Counted from the stretch's first letter, positions 55,064 through 64,000 are shown. The stretch is DNA of 64,000 nt from Candidatus Thalassarchaeaceae archaeon (GCA_030748775.1 JASMLH010000005.1:8625-72624); one strand, 5' to 3'. Numbers and translations are program-made. Notes: generated from the letters alone by a model not told the origin.

Positions 55064-55993
55064 CTAAGGCTCTCGGAGGCCCGCTTCCAAGAGAGCCTCG
55101 AGAAGGGCTTCTCCGATCTTGGAGGGGTCCCTTGCGATGTGGATGCCTGCCTCTTCGAAAGCAGCAAACTTCTCCTCCGCCGTTCCTTTCCCTCCTGAAA
55201 TGATTGCTCCTGCGTGCCCCATTCTCTTCCCAGGCGGAGCGGTTGCGCCGGCTACGAATCCGACTAGGGGCTTGCTGAAGTTAGACTTCGCCCATTCTGC
55301 GGCCTCTTCCTCGGCCGTCCCGCCTATTTCCCCGATCATCACTACTGCTTGGGTATCTGGATCGTCTTCGAAGGCGGCTAGGCAATCAATGAAGCCGGTA
55401 CCGTTCACGGGGTCCCCGCCAATTCCTACGCATGTCGTCTGACCCTCCCCAACGCTCATTGTCTGCGCAACGGCCTCGTATGTCAGGGTGCCTGATTTCG
55501 AGATAATGCCAACCCTTCCCTTGGAGTGAATGTAGCCAGGCATTATCCCTATCTTGCAACCACCTTCCTCCCCTGGACTGATTATTCCTGGGCAATTGGG
55601 GCCAATTAGCCGAACCCCATTCTTCTGCCCGATGTGGGCAACAACCCTGACCATGTCAAGGGTTGGGATTCCCTCGGTTATGCATATAATCAGGCCCCCT
55701 CCATTAATCTCATGGAATGCGTCGGCTGCCTCAATGATGGCTGGAGCGGCGAACCTGTCTGGAACGTAAATTACGCTAGCAGTAGCCCCTGTCTCCGAAA
55801 TTGCCTCGGACATTGAGTCGAAAACAGGGACGTCGCGTCCCGGCAGTGAAACTATTCTCCCTCCCTTTCCAGGAGTGACGCCTCCTACGATGTCTGTTCC
55901 GTACTCGACCATCCTAGTGGAATGGAATGTTCCCTGACTTCCGGTGATGCCCTGTACGAGCACCTTCGTCTCTTCGTTGATCCAGATGCTCAT
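55064..55993 (-). CDS. sucD: Succinyl-CoA synthetase alpha subunit
   Basis: [42 protein letters not shown] and MGHAGAII (catalytic His). Confidence 0.95.
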   Translation of the reverse strand: MSIWINEETKVLVQGITGSQGTFHSTRMVEYGTDIVGGVTPGKGGRIVSLPGRDVPVFDSMSEAISETGATASVIYVPDRFAAPAIIEAADAFHEINGGGLIICITEGIPTLDMVRVVAHIGQKNGVRLIGPNCPGIISPGEEGGCKIGIMPGYIHSKGRVGIISKSGTLTYEAVAQTMSVGEGQTTCVGIGGDPVNGTGFIDCLAAFEDDPDTQAVVMIGEIGGTAEEEAAEWAKSNFSKPLVGFVAGATAPPGKRMGHAGAIISGGKGTAEEKFAAFEEAGIHIARDPSKIGEALLEALLEAGLREP

Positions 55994-57201
55994 TCCGAAC
56001 GGCCCCCAATTGCCCCCACTATCGCTTCTCCTGCATCACCTAGGGTGCTAACGGTGACTACATCCAGGTCACTTTCATCCAGAACCCTTCTTCCTTCCTC
56101 GTGGTTGGTTCCGGAGAACCGAACAACCAATGGCACTTCCAAACCGGTTTCCTTCGAAGCCTCGATGATGCTCCTAGCGACCATGTCGCACCTGATAATC
56201 CCCCCAAAAATGTTGACTAGGATACCCTCAATGCTGGGGTCCTCCAGAATTATGCCAAAAGCTGCGGTGATTGATTCGCTATCGGCACCGCCTCCAATGT
56301 CTAGGAAGTTGGCGGGTTCACCTCCATACATCTTGATGACGTCCATCGTGGCCATCGCTAATCCAGCCCCGTTGACCAGGCATCCGATGTTTCCATCCAG
56401 ATCAACGTACGAGAGGCCGTGCTCGTGAGCCCTGACCTCCACCTGGGACTCCTCCGACATGTCCCTCATTTCATCCCTCCAAGGATGCCTGAAAGATGCG
56501 TTGTCATCGAAGCTCACCTTTGCATCGAGTGCCACCATAGCACCCTCTCCTGACCTGACTAGTGGGTTGATCTCGATCATCGAGCAGTCCTTGTCCACGA
56601 ACATAGACGCTAGTTTCTGGGACATCTCGACGAATGATTCTCGAGATGACCCCGAGAGGCCCAATGAGTCTGCCATGGAGCCTGCCTTTTCTTTGTCCAA
56701 GCCAAGCGATGGGTGGAACCATTCCTTGTGGATTGCCTCCGGTGTCTTCTCTGCTACCTCCTCTATGTCCATCCCGCCCTCGGTGGAGCCCATCATGAGC
56801 AACGACTCCGTCTCCCTGTCTACGAGCAGTGCCAGGTAGTATTCGTGTGCGATGTCGCATCCGGATTCAACATACAGATTGCTAACCATCTTCCCGGAAG
56901 GGCCGGTCTGCTTTGTTACCAGGTTGTGACCGAGGATTTTGGAAGCGTACTCCTCAACCTCTGACCTGGAGAAGGCTACCTTGACTCCTCCTTCCATGAC
57001 TAGCTCGCCCGAGTCTGGGCAGTACAGGTTTCCCTTCCCCCTTCCTCCAGCGTGAATCTGGCTCTTCACAGCAACAACTTCTGAACCCAGTGAGTCGTAT
57101 GCCGATAAGGCCTGCTCGACAGTCGTGCAATGCTCGCCCTGCTGGACTCTTACTCCTGATTCCCTGAACATAGCCTTTGCCTGGTACTCGTGAATGTTCA
57201 T
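55990..57201 (-). CDS. sucC: Succinyl-CoA synthetase beta subunit
   Basis: True N-terminus [17 protein letters not shown] at the ATG at 57201, plus [37 protein letters not shown] and NIFGGI.RCD. The 137 codons upstream in the track ORF have no family similarity. The stop overlaps the sucD start by 4 nt. Confidence 0.95.
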   Translation of the reverse strand: MNIHEYQAKAMFRESGVRVQQGEHCTTVEQALSAYDSLGSEVVAVKSQIHAGGRGKGNLYCPDSGELVMEGGVKVAFSRSEVEEYASKILGHNLVTKQTGPSGKMVSNLYVESGCDIAHEYYLALLVDRETESLLMMGSTEGGMDIEEVAEKTPEAIHKEWFHPSLGLDKEKAGSMADSLGLSGSSRESFVEMSQKLASMFVDKDCSMIEINPLVRSGEGAMVALDAKVSFDDNASFRHPWRDEMRDMSEESQVEVRAHEHGLSYVDLDGNIGCLVNGAGLAMATMDVIKMYGGEPANFLDIGGGADSESITAAFGIILEDPSIEGILVNIFGGIIRCDMVARSIIEASKETGLEVPLVVRFSGTNHEEGRRVLDESDLDVVTVSTLGDAGEAIVGAIGGRSE

Positions 57202-57301
57202 CGGTCGGACCCAATGGAGGGGTGCCCTTGAACGATGCGGCTGGCAGGTTTGTGAGGGAAAGCCACGAAGCGATGAAAGGGGGCCGCATGCTGGGAGTGG
57301 C

Positions 57302-58255
57302 ATGGACGTTGTAGTCCTAGCTGGAGGATTCGGGACGAGGCTGAAGCCTTGGACGGACAGCAGCCCCAAGCCACTTCTGCCCATTCTAGACAGGTCGATG
57401 ATCGAGCATGTGGTCGATGTGCTCCCAGAGGCGCTGGTCGACAGGGTTCTGATAGCTGCCGGATATGGGATAGGCAAGATGCGGGAGCACTTCGAGGGCA
57501 TTGACCTTCCATATGAGGTGCTGATTATCGAGGAGACGGAGCCGCTAGGTACCGGGGGGGCCATCGCAAACTGCAGAGAACACCTCTCTGGAGGGGCTTT
57601 CTGCGTAATCAACGGCGACCTTATGACTAGCCTTAGGGTCGAAGAAATGCTCGATTTCCACCAAAGTAACGGCGGGATTGCGACAATCTCACTCTGGGAA
57701 GTAGAAGATCCCTCTAGGTTCGGCGTTGCAGACTACAAACAAGGAACTGGGAAAATAATGAGGTTCCAAGAGAAGCCATCTGTCGAGGAGGCATTTTCGA
57801 ACCTAATCAATGCAGGGACCTACATCCTAGAGCCTGAGATTTTCAAGCTGATGCCCGGGGGCGCCCATAGCATCGAGAGGGACGTCTACGAGGACCTCGC
57901 AGCAACGGGTGGGCTGAACGGCTTCCCGTTCGAGGGTTGGTTCGTGGATGCCGGGACTCCTTCTTCCTTCGTGGAAGCCAGCCAGGTTTGCATCTCAGGA
58001 GGGAGGTTCTACACTGGCTCGATCGAGGGTGACTCCTGGTTCGGAGAAGGATCGACGAACAGGGGCGAGGTGTTTGCTAGCTCCATAGGCCCGGGAGCAT
58101 CAGTAGGGGAGGGGTCAATAATCCGGGACTCAGTAATCCTGGAGGGGGCGGAGATTGGTCCTGGCTGCAATATCGAAGGATGCCTCATAGGAATGCGGGC
58201 CTTTATCGCAGAAGGTTCCGCCCTAAATGGGCAAATTGTCGATCACGGTTCGTAG
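57302..58255 (+). CDS. Sugar-phosphate nucleotidyltransferase with C-terminal left-handed beta-helix
   Basis: MDVVVLAGGFGTRLKPWT (G-x-G-T-R-L motif), EETEPLGTGGA, and C-terminal hexapeptide-like repeats (GASVGEGSIIRDSVILEGAEIGPGCNIEG). Confidence 0.85.
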   Translation: MDVVVLAGGFGTRLKPWTDSSPKPLLPILDRSMIEHVVDVLPEALVDRVLIAAGYGIGKMREHFEGIDLPYEVLIIEETEPLGTGGAIANCREHLSGGAFCVINGDLMTSLRVEEMLDFHQSNGGIATISLWEVEDPSRFGVADYKQGTGKIMRFQEKPSVEEAFSNLINAGTYILEPEIFKLMPGGAHSIERDVYEDLAATGGLNGFPFEGWFVDAGTPSSFVEASQVCISGGRFYTGSIEGDSWFGEGSTNRGEVFASSIGPGASVGEGSIIRDSVILEGAEIGPGCNIEGCLIGMRAFIAEGSALNGQIVDHGS

Positions 58256-58269
58256 CAGAGAGATTCCAA

Positions 58270-61056
58270 ATGAAAGAAAGCTTCGGTGAAATCGGTTTCT
58301 CGGGAAAGCTAAGGCCCTCACAAGTGGCCTCCTCCAGCATAGTTAAGATGGAGCTCTACAAAGGATCCAAGGAACTCCTGATAGTTGCCCCACCTGGATC
58401 GGGGAAAACCGTACTTGGGCTATATGTCTGGTCCGACTTGGTCAGGCTGCCAACTCTAGTGCTAAGTCCCAACTCAGCGATTCAGGCCCAGTGGGTCGAG
58501 AGGGCAAGGGAACTGTTCAACCTTGATGGCAGAGACGACGAAATCGGCACTGATCCGAAGAACCCGGGAATCCTAACTTCACTGACCTATCAGTCTGTGA
58601 CTCTCCCCAGGAGGGGAGGTGAAGAACTCGACAATTCCGCGATGGAGATGTGGATTTCCGAACTAATGACGCCCGATGAAGACGGTGCGGTTCAGGCAGA
58701 GGGCATGGATGAGGCGATTGCATGGATCGAAGATCTAGAGCAGAAGAATTCCGACTACCATGGAGAAAGAATGAGTCACTACCGGAAGAAGGTCAGGGAC
58801 TCTTTTTCAGAGCATGGGAACGCTTTGTGGGTCCTCCATGAGTCTGCCAAAGAGAACCTGAAGAGGCTCGCTGATGTAGGAATCGGATTGATCATTCTCG
58901 ATGAGTGCCACCACTTGATGGAGCACTGGGGAAAAGTACTCGCAGAGGCCAGAGAGTTCCTTGGGAATCCGATAGTTCTGGGGCTAACCGCCACCCCCCC
59001 TGAAGAGGGCACTGACAGTGCAATCAATCGTTACTTGGACCTATTCGGAGAAGTGGACTACGAGGTACCCGTTCCAGCCCTCGTTCGAGACGGAAACCTG
59101 GCTCCCTACCAAGACCTAGCCTTCTTCGTTCGCCCATCCCCGGATGAGCTGAGATATATCGCAAACGTAGACGAAGAATTCGAAGAGTTGGTCAAAGTCC
59201 TAAGAAGAGGGCCAGAGGAGCCGAAGAACAGAGCTCCCAGGCTGGAGGTATGGTTGGCTAGGGTGCTGGATGATTTATCCCTTCCCAGTGGCAAGGCCAA
59301 GGATTGGGCATCGTTCAAGCGCAGGGACCCGCGTCTTGCTGATGCAGCCAGGGCATACCTGGCGGCGGGTGGCCTTGGACTGCCTCCCGAGGTGCCCCAG
59401 CCATCGGCCGAGCTTCTGGCAACTGGAAGCAGCATGGACACCCTAATCACGGTTCTAGATCGGTACATCAGGAACGGGCTAATGAGGTCGGAAAACCAAG
59501 AAGACCATGGACTCGCGGAAGACGCGAAGAAGAAGCTCAGGATGCTCGGCGTTCAGATCACCCAGAATGGGGCCAGGGCATGCGCCTCCCCTGTTGGAAG
59601 AGTGATGGCGTATGCCTCGGCAAAGTACGGGGCACTGAGGGACATTCTGTCGGCCGAGATGCAGGCTCTAGGTCCAGATATTAGGGCAGTTGTAGTTACT
59701 GATTTCGAGAAGACTTCGGCTACTGCGCTGGTGGAGGAGGTCATGGACGAGGAGGCCGGGGGGGCAGTGGCAGCCTATCGTGCCGTTCTGTCTGCTGAGG
59801 CGACTGACCGGCTCGACCCCGTCCTGATGACCGGTTCGACGGTGCTGGTTGACGACGACCTACTAGAGAGGATTTTCCCAAGGTTCGAGAGCTGGGCCTC
59901 GGAGAGGGGGCTAGAGATTTCTTTCAATTACGTGGAGAGGGGGGATTACTTCGAGATTAGGGGCAAGGGTAAGGACTGGTTGCCCAGGTACTACACTATG
60001 ATGATCACCGAGCTATTCCAAGAGGGGGTTACGAAGTGCCTAGTCGGTACCAGGGGCCTACTTGGGGAGGGGTGGGATGCTAGTAGAATTAACGTCTTGG
60101 TGGACCTGACCACCGTCACCACTAGCATGAGCATCAACCAACTAAGAGGGAGGTCGTTCAGGCTTGACAAGCTCTGGCCGGAGAAGGTAGCGAACAATTG
60201 GGACATAGTCTGCCTAGCTGATGAGTTCAAGAAGGGGTTCGATGACTACCTTCGTTTCAAGAGGAAGCACAAGCAGTTGTACGGGGTCTGCGACGACGGA
60301 GCCATAGAGAAGGGGGTCGGACACGTCCACGCCGCGTTCACCGAGGCCAAGCCGGAGGGTGTCTCGCAGGCAATGGGTGCATTCAACGAGGATATGATAA
60401 TGAGGGCTAGGAACCGGGAACGGACCCGCGAACTATGGGGGATTGGTCAGCCTTTCGACGCAGTGCCGAGGGAGGCCATAGAGGTCAGGGGAGAGGGGCT
60501 CGGGGGTTCCTTCCCTCCCTTGAGTAGAATTGGGGTGGCCCAGTGGTCGGAAGAATCACTGGTACTTGCAATTGGAGATGCTGTCGCATGCTCCCTACAG
60601 GCCTTGGGACTAATCGGATCTATGGCTAGGGTTGGTGGCGGGAGCAGAGGAGGGGGGTGGATGAGATCCTACCTCGAGGATGCTACAGAGGAGGAATCCG
60701 CCATTTTCGCTAAGGCGATGCAGGAGGTCCTAGGGCCACTGGATAGACCAAGGTACGTGATCCCGAGAGAGGTGACAGAGGAAAGTGACACCTGGATCAG
60801 CGAGTTGCTCCCGGAAGTCGTTGGCAAGTACTTCCGAAAAAGACAGAACGTCCTGAAGATGTACCATGCAGTGCCGAAGGTCCTTTGCCGGAGCCTGGAG
60901 GATGCGCAGGTGTTCGAGCAGCAATGGAACTGGAAGGTGAGCCCGGGAGAGGTGATTTACGGTCATAGCAAGGACGGGAAGCTCCTGGTCAGCACCATAA
61001 AGGGGTCGGGTCGGGCCCCCAAGTCGTCCTTCCACCGAAAGAGCGTGTTCCTCTGA
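58270..61056 (+). CDS. Superfamily 2 helicase (ResIII/DEAH-type core) with ~350-aa uncharacterised C-terminal region
   Basis: Motif I APPGSGKT, Ia LVLSPNSAIQAQW, TSLTYQS, II ILDECHH, III GLTATP, V-like GTRGLLGEGWD, and VI QLRGRSFR. There is a long insert between Ia and II. The region after residue about 640 has no recognisable motif. The start is set at the ATG at 58270. Confidence 0.8.
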   Translation: MKESFGEIGFSGKLRPSQVASSSIVKMELYKGSKELLIVAPPGSGKTVLGLYVWSDLVRLPTLVLSPNSAIQAQWVERARELFNLDGRDDEIGTDPKNPGILTSLTYQSVTLPRRGGEELDNSAMEMWISELMTPDEDGAVQAEGMDEAIAWIEDLEQKNSDYHGERMSHYRKKVRDSFSEHGNALWVLHESAKENLKRLADVGIGLIILDECHHLMEHWGKVLAEAREFLGNPIVLGLTATPPEEGTDSAINRYLDLFGEVDYEVPVPALVRDGNLAPYQDLAFFVRPSPDELRYIANVDEEFEELVKVLRRGPEEPKNRAPRLEVWLARVLDDLSLPSGKAKDWASFKRRDPRLADAARAYLAAGGLGLPPEVPQPSAELLATGSSMDTLITVLDRYIRNGLMRSENQEDHGLAEDAKKKLRMLGVQITQNGARACASPVGRVMAYASAKYGALRDILSAEMQALGPDIRAVVVTDFEKTSATALVEEVMDEEAGGAVAAYRAVLSAEATDRLDPVLMTGSTVLVDDDLLERIFPRFESWASERGLEISFNYVERGDYFEIRGKGKDWLPRYYTMMITELFQEGVTKCLVGTRGLLGEGWDASRINVLVDLTTVTTSMSINQLRGRSFRLDKLWPEKVANNWDIVCLADEFKKGFDDYLRFKRKHKQLYGVCDDGAIEKGVGHVHAAFTEAKPEGVSQAMGAFNEDMIMRARNRERTRELWGIGQPFDAVPREAIEVRGEGLGGSFPPLSRIGVAQWSEESLVLAIGDAVACSLQALGLIGSMARVGGGSRGGGWMRSYLEDATEEESAIFAKAMQEVLGPLDRPRYVIPREVTEESDTWISELLPEVVGKYFRKRQNVLKMYHAVPKVLCRSLEDAQVFEQQWNWKVSPGEVIYGHSKDGKLLVSTIKGSGRAPKSSFHRKSVFL

Positions 61057-61752
61057 TCAGCTAGAGCACTCCTTGCAATCTATGTTCCCCCCCGTGTGCT
61101 CGTTGCAGAACCGCCTGCGGCAAGTGAAGCATCGGAAGTCGAACGCGGTCACGGTGTTCGAGCACCCGGAGTGCCCACAAGATTGGTCGGATGAACCGGC
61201 GGTTTTCGAGGAGTTCTCATCAGGTTTCTCGTAGCCCTCCTCCCACCAGTCGTCTCCAATGACATCGGACGAGCTCTTTTCCTCGGAAGACTCATCGGAT
61301 TCATCTTGTGCTGTTCGTGCCTCATCCACTTCGAGGAAGCTGGTCCCAGCCCTTCCCTCCAATACCCTGAACTTCTTTAGCCCCAAGACATTCAAGACGT
61401 ATGGGCTGGAGTAGAAACTTTCGGCTTGTGATTTGCCCCTACCAATCCTTGGTGTGAGCCACTGGATGCCCTCATCACGAGTTTCGGGACTGGCCCCATA
61501 AGACCTCATGTAGTCGATCAGCCTGTCGTAAGAGCGGACATCACTAGGGGATAGCGAGCGGTTGACGTCAATGGACCGGTAGTTTTCAGATGGCCCACCC
61601 ATCCAGGGTAAAGTCACAGACTCGTTTTCGGATCCCGAGCGACCGAAGATCCAGAAAAAAACGAAGAGGGCGAATATTGTCTGCAACGGATAGTTTGCCA
61701 GAGCCCAGAAAAAGAATGCTGCGAGGTAGAAACAGGCCTCAATATCTGACAA
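61057..61752 (-). CDS. Membrane-anchored protein with C-terminal AN1-like zinc finger
   Basis: N-terminal hydrophobic hairpin (CFYLAAFFFWALANYPLQTIFALFVFFWIF), an acidic Ser/Asp/Glu linker, and the C-terminal spacing C-x4-C-x10-C-x2-C-x4-C-x2-H-x6-C-x2-C including FCNEH. Confidence 0.6.
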   Translation of the reverse strand: MSDIEACFYLAAFFFWALANYPLQTIFALFVFFWIFGRSGSENESVTLPWMGGPSENYRSIDVNRSLSPSDVRSYDRLIDYMRSYGASPETRDEGIQWLTPRIGRGKSQAESFYSSPYVLNVLGLKKFRVLEGRAGTSFLEVDEARTAQDESDESSEEKSSSDVIGDDWWEEGYEKPDENSSKTAGSSDQSCGHSGCSNTVTAFDFRCFTCRRRFCNEHTGGNIDCKECSS

Positions 61753-61772
61753 TGGCTATCACCACGAATATT

Positions 61773-61801
61773 GGCCACGGCGCTGTCCCGGCGCCGTGGC
61801 C
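61773..61801. repeat. Perfect 11-bp GC-rich stem-loop
   Basis: GGCCACGGCGC-TGTCCCG-GCGCCGTGGCC. It lies in the 147-bp gap between the primase-like gene stop (61900) and the AN1-like gene start (61752), both on the minus strand. Confidence 0.6.
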
Positions 61802-61899
61802 GGTGAGGTACTGGCAGTGAAGGGCGCAGCCCTGCAGTCATTGCCCGTGAGGGCTCCTTCCGTGGGACGTTTGTCAGGGGTAGTCGGAGGATGATAAAC

Positions 61900-63225
61900 T
61901 CAGCGCCGGATTGCCACCCGGATAGAGGGCTCTGGGCTCCCAGAGACCTCTCCCCGACTCGGTCGGATTGGGAGTCCTAGCCTGCTGCACAGCTCCAAGT
62001 GGGATGCCGACCACGGGTGCAAGCACCTTTCGCTGGCCTCATAGCCGAGGACGGTTATGGGCTGTAGCTCAATCTTCCATCCGTCCCCTCCCATCCTGCC
62101 AGACACCCTCGTCCATGAGTGGTCGAACCTCCTCAGCTCGTGTTCGAAACCACCGAGGCCCGCCCGGCCAATTCTACTCAGTAGGAAGTCCCTGGGGATA
62201 GCCCTTGGGATGACTGCCAGAACCCTCTTTCCATCGTGCATGTAGGCCACTGGCCCCAAGTCAATGGAGTCGAATTTCTCCTGCGCGCGCTCTACTACCT
62301 GCCTAGGGTCGCCCCATCTTTCCGGTAGCCATGCGACAACTGCAGAGCGGTCGCTCGTACCCTGAACGTGGCTGCTGACCTCGATGCTAACGTACTCATC
62401 CCGGTCCTCTACCCTCTCCAAGACTACCTTGTTCTCTCGATTTAGCGATATCTTGGGGATCCTGATCGGGGGTCTTCGAGGCATCCTTACAGCCAGTTCG
62501 CTCCTGGCAATCTCATACATCCAATCCCTGACCGGTCTCTCCAACCAACCTTCGTCGAGGATCGTGCACACCCACCCTGTTGAGCCGTGGACAGTTCCTG
62601 GCAATCTAATGATCCTGCGAGTGTCTGCAGTAACGACGGGGTCGACTGGGTGACCCTCTTCGAGAACCTTGTCTAGCAATTCTCTCCTCTTCTCTCGCAC
62701 CCTCTCCTCCCTCTTCACCGGGTCAGGCTCGGAGAAGGCTGACCTGTCAGGGTCTCGGGCAACTATGTGGAATCCCTTGCTCCCTGAGAATGAGGTGTGT
62801 TGGACGACCAGGTCAGTTTCCATAGAAATCCACTCCCTAAGCCTCAGTGCGGCCATCCTGGCACTCTCTAGCCTGCTCCTGCAGAACGGGCGCATGTCGA
62901 TGTCGAACACCACCATATGGTCGATTAATATTGGAGGCGGCCTACTGGTGTCCTTCAATCGTGGGAGGTTCACGGGATCGAGCCAAGAAGATGTCGAGAC
63001 ATAGACGTCCGTTGGCATGGAGTTTCGGAAGTCCTTCACAAGAGACTTACCGGACGATATCCGCCTCCTTGATGTGACCCATGGGCCCTTCAGTGTCCTC
63101 CATCTGAACTGGTGCCGGGTTGGCTTGGAAATCCACGAGAAGTCGATGCAGGAACCATCCGAGTAGTGATCGGTGAGAGAATCCTCTGTCCAATTCGGAC
63201 CCCCGCCCATATCCCCCAGAATCAC
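61900..63225 (-). CDS. priS: Archaeo-eukaryotic primase (AEP) small-subunit homolog, PriS-like, with ~200-aa C-terminal extension
   Basis: AEP motif I HMVVFDIDM, motif II SFSGSKGFH, and motif III VTADTRRIIRLPGTVHGSTG, preceded by DVYVSTSSW. I see no CxxC/zinc-knuckle between motifs I and II. Confidence 0.8.
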   Translation of the reverse strand: MILGDMGGGPNWTEDSLTDHYSDGSCIDFSWISKPTRHQFRWRTLKGPWVTSRRRISSGKSLVKDFRNSMPTDVYVSTSSWLDPVNLPRLKDTSRPPPILIDHMVVFDIDMRPFCRSRLESARMAALRLREWISMETDLVVQHTSFSGSKGFHIVARDPDRSAFSEPDPVKREERVREKRRELLDKVLEEGHPVDPVVTADTRRIIRLPGTVHGSTGWVCTILDEGWLERPVRDWMYEIARSELAVRMPRRPPIRIPKISLNRENKVVLERVEDRDEYVSIEVSSHVQGTSDRSAVVAWLPERWGDPRQVVERAQEKFDSIDLGPVAYMHDGKRVLAVIPRAIPRDFLLSRIGRAGLGGFEHELRRFDHSWTRVSGRMGGDGWKIELQPITVLGYEASERCLHPWSASHLELCSRLGLPIRPSRGEVSGSPEPSIRVAIRR

Positions 63226-63283
63226 TGCTATGTATTGGACTAATCCCCGTCATGGTCAAAGAGGCGCGTCTGTTCGGGTCGTC

Positions 63284-63946
63284 GTGGGCAGCTCAATCGT
63301 CGTTGTCAACTTCAAGACTTACGAGACCGCTCAAGGCGTGTCTGCAGAGGATATGGCAAAGATCATGTCCAGGATAGAGGCGCCTGCTAGGCTGGTTGCC
63401 TCGGTGTCTGCATTCGACCTAGCAGCTGTGGTTCAGGCAGCCCCGGGTCTCGAAGTTTGGTGCCAGCACCTTGATCCTGTGGGCTTTGGGTCCAATACTG
63501 GGTGGCTGAACCCCGCAACTGCTATCGAGAGGGGTGCCTCGGGGACCCTGATCAACCATGCTGAGCACAAGGTCAGCATCGAGCACGTAGCAATGCTGTT
63601 GGACCAGGTCCCAGAGGGGTTCGATGTATGTGCCTGCGCAGCTGACATAGAAGAGGCGCGGGCATTGTCTGCACTCTGCCCTACTTTCGTCGCTGTGGAG
63701 CCTCCTGAACTGATTGGGGGGGACGTTTCGGTCACCAGCGCCGACCCTGCAGTGGTTAGTGGGACCGCAGAGGCCGTAAGGGATGTTTCAGAGGGAGTGG
63801 GTGTTCTTTGTGGGGCTGGCGTTAAGACTGGCCTGGACGTGTCCAAGGCCATAGATCTTGGCACATCAGGGGTTCTCCTTGCGAGCGGTGTCACGATGGC
63901 AGAGGACCCCGGAGCCGCCCTACAGGATCTGGTATCGCAGCTGTGA
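63284..63946 (+). CDS. tpiA: Triosephosphate isomerase (archaeal short type)
   Basis: VVNFKTYE, LINHAEHK, VAVEPPELIGG and CGAGVKTG. The GTG at 63284 gives about 220 aa, the usual archaeal length. An in-frame ATG at 63230 is the alternative. Confidence 0.88.
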   Translation: MGSSIVVVNFKTYETAQGVSAEDMAKIMSRIEAPARLVASVSAFDLAAVVQAAPGLEVWCQHLDPVGFGSNTGWLNPATAIERGASGTLINHAEHKVSIEHVAMLLDQVPEGFDVCACAADIEEARALSALCPTFVAVEPPELIGGDVSVTSADPAVVSGTAEAVRDVSEGVGVLCGAGVKTGLDVSKAIDLGTSGVLLASGVTMAEDPGAALQDLVSQL

Positions 63947-64000
63947 TGAATGCCGATTCATTATTTGTATTCAACCACAGCACTTTTGTCAGTACCTGCA

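Noticed and set aside
55990-57612. 540-aa ORF suggesting an N-terminally extended SucC
   Set aside because: The first 137 codons are Ser/Pro/Arg-rich with no family similarity and overlap the divergent nucleotidyltransferase gene region. The canonical SucC N-terminus MNIHEYQAK begins at 57201.
63943-64000. GTGATGA (C-box-like) just after the tpiA stop, and two open frames running to the window edge
   Set aside because: There is no D'/D box (CTGA) at the expected spacing. The remaining 55 nt are too short to call either a C/D sRNA or a partial CDS.
1-64000. CRISPR arrays, rRNA genes, transposases/integrases, toxin-antitoxin pairs
   Set aside because: Reading the intergenic regions and the ORF track, I saw no regularly spaced direct repeats, no rRNA-like conserved blocks, and no DDE/tyrosine-recombinase or typical TA motifs.

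Overview
The window is a gene-dense stretch of an archaeal chromosome, about 50% GC and roughly 90% coding. The archaeal assignment rests on these genes: a complete A-type ATP synthase operon in the order atpH-I-K-E-C-F-A-B-D (0.7-9.2 kb), fibrillarin plus Nop5, TFS, PCNA, Orc1/Cdc6, ABCE1, an archaeo-eukaryotic primase (AEP) small-subunit homolog, and an archaeal-type triosephosphate isomerase. Many metabolic genes look bacterial or eukaryotic in type. These include Fpg/MutM, GrpE, GlpX FBPase, class I FBP aldolase, a beta-oxidation-like acyl-CoA cluster with a BoxB/PaaA-like diiron oxygenase, a Rieske oxygenase, biotin carboxylase, succinyl-CoA synthetase, and two tandem phytoene/squalene synthase paralogs. 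This mosaic fits an aerobic heterotrophic planktonic euryarchaeote such as Marine Group II/Poseidoniales, but that is inference and cannot be confirmed without a search. One tRNA-Gly(UCC) is present. I saw no rRNA, CRISPR array, integrase or transposase. Two spacers stand out at about 28-30% GC. One lies directly upstream of orc1/cdc6 and is a likely replication origin with TGGAAA/TTTCCA dyads. The other lies between a divergent gene pair (an 864-aa protein with only an N-terminal winged helix, and an 84-aa winged-helix-like protein) and carries a perfect ATTTCCA-G-TGGAAAT dyad resembling an origin recognition box. Candidates for undescribed biology are: (1) that wHTH pair and its spacer, (2) a roughly 930-aa SF2 helicase with an uncharacterised C-terminal half, next to an AN1-like zinc-finger membrane protein and an atypical AEP primase, (3) a catalytically degenerate site-2-protease-like membrane protein with a large ectodomain just after the ATPase operon, (4) a PPAT-DPCK (DUF359) fusion, (5) a divergent TBP-like double-repeat protein in a tight three-gene operon, and (6) a short BoxB-like oxygenase without its usual partners. 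All functional calls come from motif recognition by eye on the supplied translations. No database search was run.
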